The notes beneath the pieces are model-generated. The model saw only the letters and a program-made list of their open reading frames with translations. It ran no database searches and was not told where the DNA came from. A program made the position numbers and the translations under genes. This document shows positions 1 through 10,112 of a stretch of 64,000 bases of DNA, piece by piece; position 1 is the stretch's first letter; every line of letters begins with the position of its first letter. Source of the stretch: Minisyncoccota bacterium (GTDB lineage Bacteria > Patescibacteriota > Minisyncoccia > JAHIHE01 > JAGLIN01); contig JAGLIM010000006.1 of the NCBI GenBank assembly GCA_023142995.1, forward strand, positions 32,577 to 96,576, read 5' to 3'.

Positions 1-786
1 AAATCCAACAAAGAACGCGCCGATTGGTGAAGTGACAGACCTGATCAATTTTTTCATTCTTGGTCTCCAGCTCAGTGGCACTTCCATAACAAAGCCTTTG
101 CCATACCAGAAGTAATCTTTCAAATTGAACAGTCCGACTAAAATCGACAAAACACCGATAATTTTCATAAAAGTGCTAGAAAGTCCAGCACTGGCAACGG
201 CGCCATATAGTCCCAGTCCTATCAAATAATAAGAAATGAACATTGAAAGAGAAAAAGCCAAACCTGCTTGGAGCGATTTTTTACGATCGCTGTTAATTAA
301 AATAGTAGTTAGCAGGAGGATCAAAACGGCAAATTCGCAAGGATTAATGGCGTCTACCAAAGCACCACTAATGACCATCGGAATAGTCAAGTCAGTTTGA
401 TCTAGCGGAAGGTTATTATTAGAACTATTATTTGCGTTACCCGTGTATTCTTCAAAAAAGTTTATAATCGGTGCGTCGCCCATTAAGCATTGTCCTTCAA
501 AATAAAGCATTGGAACTCCGCGTTCGTCTATAAGAATGCCTTTATCTTGGCAAATTTCATTAAATCTCTGAGCGTTTTCAGTATCGCCAGTATTTTTCTT
601 TTCAATATTATATTGTTCTAAGATATTGTTTTTTTGAAAATATGCATCTACTTTATAGCAATGAGCGCATCCTGTGCTAAAAAATAAATAATTTTGAGAT
701 GAAGCTGACGCTATGTTATCAACTTGTTTAGCGCCAACTATTAAAAATGTCACTAGGGCAAAAAGTAAAATAACAATCTTTTTCAT
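1..786 (-). CDS. Glutaredoxin-like CxxC domain fused to CcdA/DsbD-type cytochrome c biogenesis membrane domain (runs off window start; absent from ORF track)
   Basis: Manual translation from ATG at 786: MKKIVILLFAL...FFSTGCAHCYKV...GVPMLYFEG...ALVDAINPCEFAVLILLL...; signal peptide, CAHC, GVP cis-Pro motif and DAINPC motif. Confidence 0.8.
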   Translation of the reverse strand, partial: MKKIVILLFALVTFLIVGAKQVDNIASASSQNYLFFSTGCAHCYKVDAYFQKNNILEQYNIEKKNTGDTENAQRFNEICQDKGILIDERGVPMLYFEGQCLMGDAPIINFFEEYTGNANNSSNNNLPLDQTDLTIPMVISGALVDAINPCEFAVLILLLTTILINSDRKKSLQAGLAFSLSMFISYYLIGLGLYGAVASAGLSSTFMKIIGVLSILVGLFNLKDYFWYGKGFVMEVPLSWRPRMKKLIRSVTSPIGAFFVGF

Positions 787-955
787 TTTTTTATTTTAAA
801 AATTACTAATTCTAATATTGAATGCTTAATACTTAATTATTTTAAACTAATCAACTGATTTTGGCAAACAGGTACCCAAATATGCGATTTTGCTTGTTTT
901 ATAATATTGTGAATATGTGTTATAATATAAATATTATTTTTAACCTTTTATTATT

Positions 956-3900
956 ATGAAATTTTTCTCCAGAATGTTTTTTATGGCATTATTATTTTTT
1001 TCTTTTGCATTATTTTCAACAAATAATAATGCTAGCGCGGCAACCGTTTATGTGAATAGCAGTGCTGGAAATGATACTTCTGGTGATGGGTCATCTGGCA
1101 GTCCATATAAAACTTTTCATAAAGGATATACCTTAGCAAACGCTAGTGATGTTCTAGACCTAACAGGAACTTTCACATGGACAGATGCGGATGAGACTGG
1201 GGATGTTTCAATCTCTGGATATACTATTGCGAAAAGTTTAACTATCCAAGGGCAGGGAACGGACAGTACAATAGTTCAAGCGAATGCTATTTCTAATACA
1301 TCCGATAGAGGTGTTTTTTATATTTCTGCTACGGTAATTATAAAAAATTTAACAATTAGGAATGGCGTGGTAACTTCTGAAAGTTACGGTGGTGGAATAA
1401 CAAATTCTGGAACATTAACATTGGATTCGGTTCGGGTGACTGCCAACAGGGCTAATTTTGATAGTTCTACTTACTGGGGTGCTGGCGGAGTTTATACAAG
1501 GGAAGGTCATAATTTAACTATTACTAATAGCGTAATTGATCATAATATTTTTGATGGTAAGGCTTATGGAAGTGGTGGAGTATATTCAACTCAAAGCGTA
1601 TCAACTTCCGTTACCGGGTCAACTTTTAATGATAATCAGGGTTTAAGCAACGATCCTTCTTCTTATCCTTTTAGTTATTCTAAGCCGTCAGGAGGTTTTG
1701 GTTCTTTTCGTTTTTGTAATGTTAAAATAACCAATTCCACTTTTTTTAGTAATTCTAGTAATTCATATGGTGGCGCAATTCAAATTTATTATAGTAGCTA
1801 TTTTATAATAACTAATTCCACTATTGTTAATAATTCGGCTAGTTTGGGTGCTGGTGGTATTTCATATCGGTCTGAAACAGATGGATATAACTTAGCTTTG
1901 AAAAATACTATTTTAGCTAATAATACTGTTAACAGTTCTCCTAATGATTTTTATGCCTATGACTCTGCTTCCTCTGGTCGTATTATAGATAATGGTTATA
2001 ATGTTGTTGAATATAGTACTAATAAAATTTGGAGTGGGACAGGTAATATTATTGGTGATCAGGCTACTTTGAATATTAGTAGCAGTTTGGCTGATAATAG
2101 TTCTTCTTATTATCCTGATACATTGGCACTTTTGTCTGGTAGTGTGGCTATTAATTCAGGTGACCCTGCTAATACGGCTAATGATGAAGGAAGTAGTTCT
2201 GTGGCAATTCCAATTACTGACCAGAGAAGTGCTGGAAGAATCAGTACAACTGATATTGGTGCGTATGAATATGGCAGTACAACTAATCCGATAATCAGTG
2301 TTTTGTCGCCAGCTGATAATGCTACTGCCGTGGCTTTTGATACTAATTTAGTTATTACTTTCAACGAAGCTGTTGATGTTGAAACTGGAAATATTGTCAT
2401 TAAGAAAACCTTAGATAATTCTATTGTTGAAACGATAGGTGTTACTTCTGGGCAAGTAACGGGAACCGGTACAATAACAATTACTATAAATCCAACTTTA
2501 AGCTTTGAAAGTGGGACAGATTATTACATTCAAATAGACGCGACTGCTTTTGACAATACGACTAGCAACAGTTATGCTGGAATTTCAGATTCTACAACTT
2601 GGAATTTTACAACAGCTGACACAGTTAATCCAACTGTTTCAACTTTGTCTCCAGTAGACGGAGCAACTGGAACTGTTGTTGGAGCAAATTTAGTTATTAC
2701 TTTTGATGAGAATGTTGACGCTGAGGCTGGCAATATTATATTGTATAAAAGTGACAATACTTTAATTCAACAATTTGATGTTACTTCGGATATTTCTGGT
2801 TCTGGTACAACTACAATTACTATGAATCCTATCGCTGATTTTGATGAGCAAACTTCATATTATGTTAAAATAGACGCAACTGCTTTTGATGATACTGCTG
2901 GTAATAGCTATTCGGGGATTTCCGATACTACGACTTGGAATTTTACGACAGGAGATTTTACTGGACCGACGATGACAATCACAGCATCAGAAGGGGTTGA
3001 TGGTTTTTCTTCAAATGATGCTACTTTGTCGCTAACATTTACTAGCAGTGAGGTGACAATAAATTTTGCCTCCAGTGATATCTCAGTTTCAAATGGCGCT
3101 ATCAGCAATTTTGCTACTACGTCTAGCACTGTTTATACTGCGACATTTACACCGACAGTTGATGGACCAGCAACAATTGATGTAGCTGGCGCTACTTTTA
3201 CCGATGCGGCAACTAATGATAATTTTGCAGCTAGTCAGTTTAATTGGACTTATGATGGAACTGCTCCAACAGTAATATTTGATCCTCTTGATGGAGCAAC
3301 TGGTGTTGCAGTAAGTTCAAATATTACAATTACCTTTAATGAAGCAGTACGTCTTATTGATGATTTAGCTATCGATAATGCTAATGTTGACGTGCTTATT
3401 ACGCTTAAAGATACTAATGCTAGTGGTGCGGATATTGCTTTTGATGCTACAATTGACGGAGCAAAACTTGTTATTACGATCGATCCAACAAGCAATTTTA
3501 CAAGTGAACAGGTTATTTATGTGGTAATAGGTACAACAGTGGAGGATGCGTTTGATAATACTATTTTAGCTTCAAACGTAACATTTACTGTTGGTGATAC
3601 TGCTGCGCCAATAATTTCTGCAACCTTTCCTTCTGGAGAACAAGTTGCGGGAACTACAAGTGTGACTATGTCGTTGAGTACAAATGAATCGGCTACTTGT
3701 AAACATTCAGGAACTCAGGGCGTGGCGTTTGCATCAATGACAGCTTTTACCACAACGGGAGGAACTAATCATTCTGTGACTGTTTCAGGTCTAAGTGATG
3801 GAAATAGTTATAGCTATTATGCGAAGTGCCAAGATTCATCAAGCAATGAAAGCACTGAGTCTGCAATTTATTTTTCTGTGGCGAATAGCAGTGGTAGTGC

Positions 3901-4747
3901 TTCTGTATCATTGCCAGGAGCAGTTGGTCGTGGTCAAGTTGATGCAAATATTAATATGGGGCAGTCAAAGAATATTGGTGCGGTAAGTTCAAATGGTGTA
4001 AATGTTTTGGGATATATAAATTCACGAGCTAAATTTTCTACTGCTGTTAGTAATTATAATAATTGGATAGCGCAAGATCATACTTTTGAAATAATTAGTT
4101 TTGATTTATTTACAAATATAATAACAATCAGAGTTTCTTCTGAGCTGAAAATAGTTATTTTGAGTTTAAATGAAGTAGCAAAAGTAGATCTAGATGATGA
4201 TAGTGTTTTTGATATTGAGATAAAATTTGAAGATATCTATATTAATAGAGCTGAACTAACGATTATTTCCTTATTTGAATCTTGGGAAGAAGAAGATGAT
4301 GATATGTCAAATATGTCTTATGAGAACAACTTGATCAAATATAGTAATTCTCCTAAAATTTATCTTGTGGAAAGTAATTTGAAAAGGTGGATTGTTAGTG
4401 AAAGTGCTTTTATTTACCATAAATATGAATGGAATAGTGTTTTAAATGTAGGAAATGAAATAATTTTTGCAGATGGTGATGATGTTACCAAAAATATTAC
4501 AAAAACAGAAGCCTGTATTTTTATAAGAGATTTGAAGATTAATATGACAGGAGAAGATGTTAAAGAATTACAAAAGTATTTGAATAGTAATGGTTTTATT
4601 GTATCTGAAGTAGGTTATGGTTCAATAGGAAATGAAACAGAATATTTTGGTTCAGCCACACATAAAGCATTAGTTCGTTTTCAGCAAGCAAAGAATTTGC
4701 CTGCGTATGGTTTCTTTGGACCAATGACAAGAGCTTTGGTGAATTAG
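956..4747 (+). CDS. Large secreted surface protein: beta-helix with choice-of-anchor-Q-like region, several Ig-like (Big_5/Big_13-type) domains, C-terminal peptidoglycan-binding domain
   Basis: Signal peptide; GGGI/GGAI repeats; SGSVAINSG..TDQR..DIGAYE; repeated SPxDxAT..LVITFNE..TTWNFTT; C-terminal GEDVKELQKYLN..YFGSAT..FQ..GFFGPMTR. Confidence 0.8.
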   Translation: MKFFSRMFFMALLFFSFALFSTNNNASAATVYVNSSAGNDTSGDGSSGSPYKTFHKGYTLANASDVLDLTGTFTWTDADETGDVSISGYTIAKSLTIQGQGTDSTIVQANAISNTSDRGVFYISATVIIKNLTIRNGVVTSESYGGGITNSGTLTLDSVRVTANRANFDSSTYWGAGGVYTREGHNLTITNSVIDHNIFDGKAYGSGGVYSTQSVSTSVTGSTFNDNQGLSNDPSSYPFSYSKPSGGFGSFRFCNVKITNSTFFSNSSNSYGGAIQIYYSSYFIITNSTIVNNSASLGAGGISYRSETDGYNLALKNTILANNTVNSSPNDFYAYDSASSGRIIDNGYNVVEYSTNKIWSGTGNIIGDQATLNISSSLADNSSSYYPDTLALLSGSVAINSGDPANTANDEGSSSVAIPITDQRSAGRISTTDIGAYEYGSTTNPIISVLSPADNATAVAFDTNLVITFNEAVDVETGNIVIKKTLDNSIVETIGVTSGQVTGTGTITITINPTLSFESGTDYYIQIDATAFDNTTSNSYAGISDSTTWNFTTADTVNPTVSTLSPVDGATGTVVGANLVITFDENVDAEAGNIILYKSDNTLIQQFDVTSDISGSGTTTITMNPIADFDEQTSYYVKIDATAFDDTAGNSYSGISDTTTWNFTTGDFTGPTMTITASEGVDGFSSNDATLSLTFTSSEVTINFASSDISVSNGAISNFATTSSTVYTATFTPTVDGPATIDVAGATFTDAATNDNFAASQFNWTYDGTAPTVIFDPLDGATGVAVSSNITITFNEAVRLIDDLAIDNANVDVLITLKDTNASGADIAFDATIDGAKLVITIDPTSNFTSEQVIYVVIGTTVEDAFDNTILASNVTFTVGDTAAPIISATFPSGEQVAGTTSVTMSLSTNESATCKHSGTQGVAFASMTAFTTTGGTNHSVTVSGLSDGNSYSYYAKCQDSSSNESTESAIYFSVANSSGSASVSLPGAVGRGQVDANINMGQSKNIGAVSSNGVNVLGYINSRAKFSTAVSNYNNWIAQDHTFEIISFDLFTNIITIRVSSELKIVILSLNEVAKVDLDDDSVFDIEIKFEDIYINRAELTIISLFESWEEEDDDMSNMSYENNLIKYSNSPKIYLVESNLKRWIVSESAFIYHKYEWNSVLNVGNEIIFADGDDVTKNITKTEACIFIRDLKINMTGEDVKELQKYLNSNGFIVSEVGYGSIGNETEYFGSATHKALVRFQQAKNLPAYGFFGPMTRALVN

Positions 4748-4895
4748 TGTTATTTTATATTATTACAATATATTTTGATATTATTTAGAATTATAGAGAA
4801 TTATTATGCGATTTATTTTTTCTTATTTGAAAAATAATAAGATTTTTTTGTTTAATGTGCAATCATTAGTTTGATATGCTATAATGTTAAATAAT

Positions 4896-5044
4896 AATAT
4901 TTTTCGACCTTGTGGAGAAATTTATTGCGCATGGTTTTCTATAAAGTTGAACAATATTGTTAAATAATAATATTTTTCAAGCGGAGTGATAGCGTATTTG
5001 AGACAGTTCATTGCGCATGGTTCTCCATAAAGTCGAACAATATT
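4896..5044 (+). repeat. Two tandem copies of hairpin family A directly after a TGCTATAAT extended -10 (4877-4885)
   Basis: AATATTTTTCGACCTTGTGGAGAA..TTCTCCATAAAGTCGAACAATATT family; second copy has a replaced 5' arm; also at 9901, 10990, 20389. Confidence 0.85.
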
Positions 5045-5085
5045 AAAATGTACTAATTAATTTTTAATCATAATATTTCAAAAAA

Positions 5086-6171
5086 ATGAATAAAAAAATG
5101 AATCAAAGCAAGAGAGGAATTTTGATGTTTGCATCAATGGTCTTGTCAATTAGTTTGATGAGTGGAGTGCAAGTTATCAAAGCAACAGCTTTGGTAGACG
5201 GAGAATTAAAAGCTACAGACGGTATTGTATTAAGCGATACTGACACAAATGGTAAAATCGACAAGGTACAAATTTCAATTAATTATGCAGTTGCTACTGC
5301 TGATACAATTGATCATGTAACTGATGAAAGCGCGACAATTGGAAAATTTACAATTGTTGATACAGGAACTGCAGCTTCTGTTGAGATTCTCTCTATGGAG
5401 TTTGTAAGTGGTGATGGTACAGTTGCAGTCTTTAAACTAGATTTAAATGAAGATAACGTGAGCGAGGATATATCTGCAACAGCTTTAGACGTTACTTATG
5501 ACGGAAGCGGTTCTGATCTAAAAATTACAAGCGGTACTGTTGCTGGATCAGATTTTGAATCAGTTGTTGTAGTGTCTTTTAGTAATGTTACGGAAGATGA
5601 CGAAGACGAAGACATAGATCTTCCAGATTGTGCAGTTAAAAAACAAAAACAACCAAATTCTAATTCTGGAGTAACTCTTTATAGAGTGAGTGATGATCCT
5701 AGAGTTTATATTGTTAAGGATAATAAAAGACGTTGGGTAAAAACTGCGAGAGAATTTGAGAGAAACGGTTATAATTGGGATGAGATTCAAGAAATATCTG
5801 CTGAACTTTTGGAAGAATTTCCTGAAGCAGAAGCTCTTATGACAGAACTTCTAAGGGCAGTAGATAGTCATAAAGTATATATAATTGAAAACGGAAAGAG
5901 ACGTTGGATAAAAACTGCGAGAGAGTTTAACGCTACTGGATATAAATGGAAAGATATTAAGGATGTTTCTCCAGAAGTTCTAGCTTCTTATCAAAATGAA
6001 GTTTCATCTGGACTTTTAAGAGCAACAGGCAGTCATAAGGTATACAAGATTGAAAATGGAAAAAAACGTTGGATAAAGACTGCAGGAGAATTTAATGCTG
6101 CTGGACATAGATGGGAAGATGTTGAAAATGTAGACTCCGAAACTCTAGATGGTTATTCTGATTTAGAATAA
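5086..6171 (+). CDS. Secreted protein with three C-terminal KVY/RVY..NGK.RWIKTA.EF repeats
   Basis: Signal peptide, acidic linker, three ~50-aa repeats; a similar single unit occurs in the 956 protein. Confidence 0.75.
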   Translation: MNKKMNQSKRGILMFASMVLSISLMSGVQVIKATALVDGELKATDGIVLSDTDTNGKIDKVQISINYAVATADTIDHVTDESATIGKFTIVDTGTAASVEILSMEFVSGDGTVAVFKLDLNEDNVSEDISATALDVTYDGSGSDLKITSGTVAGSDFESVVVVSFSNVTEDDEDEDIDLPDCAVKKQKQPNSNSGVTLYRVSDDPRVYIVKDNKRRWVKTAREFERNGYNWDEIQEISAELLEEFPEAEALMTELLRAVDSHKVYIIENGKRRWIKTAREFNATGYKWKDIKDVSPEVLASYQNEVSSGLLRATGSHKVYKIENGKKRWIKTAGEFNAAGHRWEDVENVDSETLDGYSDLE

Positions 6172-6204
6172 TCACTGAAAAAAGAAATAGATAATATGTC
6201 ATTT

Positions 6205-6231
6205 AAACCCCTGAATAATCTTCGGGGTTTA
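6205..6231 (+). terminator. Probable intrinsic terminator
   Basis: AAACCCCTGAA-TAATC-TTCGGGGTTT hairpin after stop codon. Confidence 0.55.
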
Positions 6232-6240
6232 ATTTACTTT

Positions 6241-6267
6241 TGAAATAAAATCTATGTTTGGATTGTA
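6241..6267 (+). promoter_or_regulatory. Candidate autoregulatory ECF promoter TGAAAT-N17-TGTA
   Basis: Same motif with identical spacing at 7819 and 7937; resembles the SigW-type TGAAAC-N16-CGTA. Confidence 0.7.
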
Positions 6268-6292
6268 TTAAATATAAAGGTATAATATAGAT

Positions 6293-6856
6293 ATGAAATC
6301 AATGGATCTATCAGACGAACAACTTGTTGAGATAATAAGAAAAGATGATCAAGAGCTATATGGCGAAATTATTAAACGCTATAATCAAAAATTATCTCAT
6401 TATCTTCGTAAATTTATTTATGATCAAGATGAACTTGAAGATGTTCTCCAGGTTGTTTTTATCAAGGTATATAAAAATCTTTATGGATTTAATATTAATA
6501 AGAAGTTTTCTTCTTGGATATATAGAATTGCGCATAACGAAGCTTTGAACCATTTGAGGAAATATTCCAAAGAGAGAATTTCCTTAGATGAAGTTGAATA
6601 TAGAATAATTGATGAAAAAATTGATGTTGGTGGTGATGTTGATAAAAAGATATTAAAGAAGAATGTAGAAAAATTATTGAAAAAAATTCGTCCAAAATAT
6701 CAAGAGCCATTAATTTTGTTTTATTTCGAACAAAAGTCTTATGAAGAAATTAGTGATATTCTGAGAATTCCAACAAGTACAGTAGGAACGCTTATCTCAA
6801 GAGGGAAAAAAATGCTTAAAGAAGAATTAAAAGAAGAAGAAATATATGGAAAATAA
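6293..6856 (+). CDS. ECF-type RNA polymerase sigma-70 factor
   Basis: DLSDEQLV, EDVLQVVFIKVY, FSSWIYRIAHN (region 2), SYEEISDIL..TVGTLISRG (region 4). Confidence 0.92.
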   Translation: MKSMDLSDEQLVEIIRKDDQELYGEIIKRYNQKLSHYLRKFIYDQDELEDVLQVVFIKVYKNLYGFNINKKFSSWIYRIAHNEALNHLRKYSKERISLDEVEYRIIDEKIDVGGDVDKKILKKNVEKLLKKIRPKYQEPLILFYFEQKSYEEISDILRIPTSTVGTLISRGKKMLKEELKEEEIYGK

Positions 6857-7718
6857 AAATCCTCAAAAATTAGAAAACAAGATAATGTCCGAGATTAAAA
6901 GCGGAAAAGTTAAACTTCGTTCAAAATATCTTTTTCTTGCAGAAAAATTGGGACTAGAAAGCGCTTTTGTGTTAAGTGTTATTTTATCTATTTTGTTTTT
7001 TAATTTGTTTCTATTCTATCTAAAAGCAACAGATAATCTTAAATATCTAAGCTTTGGTGCTAGCGGGATCACAGCTTTTCTTGAATCTTTTCCATATCTC
7101 TTAATTATTGGTTTTATCGTTTTCTTGTTTTTAGCAGGATATTTAATGACGAAAGCAGATTTTTCCTATAAGAAGCCTTTTAAATATTTTGCAATAAGCT
7201 TAATTGTAATTATTATATTTGCAGGATCTACTCTTGCTTATACAGATGTGTCTGAGAAAATTGAACAGCAAGCTTTTAGTGAAAATCTATCAGGAACTAT
7301 TTTAAAACCATTTTTAAATTGTGGAATTGGTCTGCGCAAAAATGGATTATCTGGAAAAGTATTTGAAGTTAGTGATGATTATATTATTATTGAAATTCCA
7401 AGCGGTTTACAAAAGGTTGATGTGCAGAATTTGGAATCTGAAGAGAAACTTAAATTAGATAAGGATAAATTTATCATTGCAATTGGAGAAAGAGGGGACG
7501 ATGTTTTCATAGCGAGCAAGATTCGAATTGTTGATCAAGACAGTATGCCAATGATCAGGCGTGGAATTAATAGAAGCGCTCATTATGATCAAACGAATCC
7601 ATATTTAAAACGAAATAGATTTTTAATTCAGGACGAAGATATGAAAAAATGTATGAATGAATGTCTTGACCTTAGTGAACGTCGCAGAAAATGTTTTGAT
7701 AGTTGTAACGTGGAATAA
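6846..7718 (+). CDS. Membrane protein, probable anti-sigma factor
   Basis: Overlaps sigma stop; three hydrophobic helices followed by a soluble C-terminal domain ending in C..C..C..C. Confidence 0.6.
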   Translation: MENKNPQKLENKIMSEIKSGKVKLRSKYLFLAEKLGLESAFVLSVILSILFFNLFLFYLKATDNLKYLSFGASGITAFLESFPYLLIIGFIVFLFLAGYLMTKADFSYKKPFKYFAISLIVIIIFAGSTLAYTDVSEKIEQQAFSENLSGTILKPFLNCGIGLRKNGLSGKVFEVSDDYIIIEIPSGLQKVDVQNLESEEKLKLDKDKFIIAIGERGDDVFIASKIRIVDQDSMPMIRRGINRSAHYDQTNPYLKRNRFLIQDEDMKKCMNECLDLSERRRKCFDSCNVE

Positions 7719-7786
7719 CAATCTTTCAATATTATTTGAGATTATGAAGAACTATGCGTGATTAAATAGAACTAAATTAAATATTT

Positions 7787-7814
7787 AAAACCTCTTTGGA
7801 TGTAAAGAGGTTTT
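7787..7814 (+). terminator. Probable intrinsic terminator
   Basis: AAAACCTCTTT-GGATGT-AAAGAGGTTTT. Confidence 0.55.
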
Positions 7815-7818
7815 ATTT

Positions 7819-7845
7819 TGAAATAAAATAGTATTGAAGATTGTA
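7819..7845 (+). promoter_or_regulatory. Candidate ECF promoter TGAAAT-N17-TGTA
   Basis: Motif and spacing identical to 6241. Confidence 0.65.
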
Positions 7846-7936
7846 CTATAATTAGAAGGGGTCAAACAAGCAAAGGGCTAATCAAGAGGACAATATGCTT
7901 TAGTTTGACCCTTACTCTTAGCCCTATACTATAAAA

Positions 7937-7963
7937 TGAAATAAATTTTACCTTTGAATTGTA
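7937..7963 (+). promoter_or_regulatory. Candidate ECF promoter TGAAAT-N17-TGTA
   Basis: Motif and spacing identical to 6241. Confidence 0.65.
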
Positions 7964-8068
7964 ATAATTATAGAAAATGTCAAACGGCGTCCATTATCCT
8001 CTTTAATATGGAAAAGCCAATTAGGCAAAAAAATCGATAGATGCTAATGAATTTGAATATTTGCAAGC

Positions 8069-8104
8069 AGGAACTCAGTTCTGGGTACCCAGAACTGAGT
8101 TCCT
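8069..8104. repeat. Perfect 36-bp palindrome in the leader of the 8154 gene
   Basis: AGGAACTCAGTTCTGGGT/ACCCAGAACTGAGTTCCT. Confidence 0.9.
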
Positions 8105-8153
8105 AAATATGTGAAGTTCAATTCATTAAAGAAATAATCATTAAATTAAAATT

Positions 8154-8636
8154 ATGAATAAAACTTTTTTAACTCTTTCTTTACTGTTGATAGGTGTTGC
8201 AGGTTTAGGATTTAGTTCTGTTTATGCCTATCAGGGAGATCCAAATATTAAGAGTCCAGAATATACTTCTGAAAGACATGAAGTAATGAAAGAAGCATTT
8301 GAAAATAAAGATTATGATGCCTGGGAAAAAGCGAAAGGCGATAATCACAAAGGTCGTATGATGGAGGTAATTAACAGTGATGAGAATTTTGCTAAGTTTA
8401 TTCAGATTAGAGAATTACGTTTGGCTGGTGATATAGAAGGAGCAAGTGTTCTTCGCTCTGAACTTGGATTAGGACTTGGTCAGGGACAAGATAAGAACAG
8501 CGAAATGAAAAGAGGAGGACAAGGAAACCAAGGTGGACAAAAACAAGGAATGAGAGAAAATATGCAAAGAGGTCAAAATTCTGGTGGAAAGTTTATTGAT
8601 GCTAATGGCGATGGACAGTGTGATAACATGAATTAA
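8154..8636 (+). CDS. Secreted protein with G/Q/M-rich tail and terminal DANGDGQCD motif
   Basis: Signal peptide; hairpin terminator at 8652-8681. Confidence 0.75.
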   Translation: MNKTFLTLSLLLIGVAGLGFSSVYAYQGDPNIKSPEYTSERHEVMKEAFENKDYDAWEKAKGDNHKGRMMEVINSDENFAKFIQIRELRLAGDIEGASVLRSELGLGLGQGQDKNSEMKRGGQGNQGGQKQGMRENMQRGQNSGGKFIDANGDGQCDNMN

Positions 8637-8859
8637 CAGTTAATATAAATAAAAGAAGTATCTATTCTGGATACTTCTTTTGTTAATCATATTGAACTCA
8701 TAGCAAGTAATAATAATCTTTTCAACTCAAGGACAGTCCTTAACTCGTTGGGAACTTATTGATATTTAATATTTAATTTAATATTAATTTAATATTACTC
8801 TTGCCATAAATAAAATTTTATTATAGAATAGTATTATTGAAAAAATAAATATTAGTAAA

Positions 8860-9783
8860 ATGATAAAAGTTGAAAATCTTGTGAAAAAATATGGAGAACT
8901 TGTTGCCTTAGATGGAGTTTCTTTTGAATTGAAGGAAGGTGAGATTGTTGGTATTCTTGGACCAAATGGAGCTGGAAAAACAACACTTCTTAGAATACTG
9001 GTTGCTTTTTTGCAAGCTGATTCTGGCAAAGTTGAAATTGATGGGCTTGATATAAATCAACCGTTATTAGAGCAAAAGGTCAAAGGGAAAATCGGTTATC
9101 TTCCAGAAAGTGCTCCTTTATATGATGATATGACCGTTTCTGAATATTTGATCTTTGTCGGTAAAATGCAGGGAATCGGGTCAGATGACATTTATGAAAA
9201 GCTTGCTGAAGTGGTTGAAAAATGCGGATTAAAAGAAAAGAAAAACGCGGAGATATCAACTCTATCAAAAGGATATAGGCAGAGAGTCGGAATCGCGCAA
9301 GCTCTTATTCATAATCCAAAAATTGTGATTCTGGATGAGCCAACAACAGGATTGGATCCAAATCAAAGAATTCAGATCAGAGATCTTATAAAAGAAATAG
9401 GAAGATCAAAAACCGTGATTTTGTCTAGCCATGTTCTTTCTGAAGTTCAGTCTACTTGCTCGCGTGTTATTATTATTAATAAAGGAAAAATTGTGGCCGA
9501 TGGAACGCCTGAAGAACTTGAAAATAAAGGTGGTAAAAACAAAGCTACTATTCATATTGAAGTTGAAGAAATTAGAGGAAATTTGCTACCGCGTCTTGAA
9601 GCTATTGAAGGTGTTCATAATATGGAAGTTATTGAAAGTAAAATTATCATTATCTCTGATGCAGAAAATGACATTAGAAAAGATATTGCCAGAATTATTA
9701 TTGAAGAAGATCACGGACTTTTAGAACTTGTCAGAAAACAAATTGATCTAGAAGATGTGTTTATAGATCTGACGAAGGAGTAG
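8860..9783 (+). CDS. ABC-2 type ATP-binding protein (GldA-like)
   Basis: GPNGAGKTT, LSKGYRQRVG, ILDEPTTGLDP, SSH. Confidence 0.9.
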   Translation: MIKVENLVKKYGELVALDGVSFELKEGEIVGILGPNGAGKTTLLRILVAFLQADSGKVEIDGLDINQPLLEQKVKGKIGYLPESAPLYDDMTVSEYLIFVGKMQGIGSDDIYEKLAEVVEKCGLKEKKNAEISTLSKGYRQRVGIAQALIHNPKIVILDEPTTGLDPNQRIQIRDLIKEIGRSKTVILSSHVLSEVQSTCSRVIIINKGKIVADGTPEELENKGGKNKATIHIEVEEIRGNLLPRLEAIEGVHNMEVIESKIIIISDAENDIRKDIARIIIEEDHGLLELVRKQIDLEDVFIDLTKE

Positions 9784-9801
9784 GTCATGAATATTTGATA
9801 T

Positions 9802-10074
9802 TGTCATTCTGAACTCGGTTCAGAATCTATCATCTCTTACATTTAAGCAAATCTATAAATCACAAAATTTTTGAACAAGTTGAAAACACAATAATCTTTT
9901 AATATTTTTCGACCTTGTGGAGAAATTTATTGCGTGGAGTTCTCCATAAAGTCGAACAATATTATTGTGTTTAACTGAAAAAGAGAGTATAGGGTTAATA
10001 GCACAAATTAAAACCTAAAATACAAAAGATTCTGAACTAAGCTTGTCCTTAGCTTGCCGAATGGATTCAGGACA
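9802..10074. mobile_element. Non-autonomous REPIN/MITE-like element: terminal TGTCATTCTGAAC palindromes enclosing hairpin A
   Basis: Colinear second copy at 20263-20543. Confidence 0.8.
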
Positions 10075-10112
10075 AACTGCTGTGCAGTTTATAATTTAAA
10101 TATAAAACCCCA

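Noticed and set aside
2110-3986. Short antisense and alternate-frame ORFs within the 956 gene, and similar ones within other long genes
   Set aside because: Fully overlap well-supported CDSs and have no motifs
7853-8040. Known riboswitch such as c-di-GMP-I
   Set aside because: Consensus GGCAAAC..GACGCAAAG core is not present
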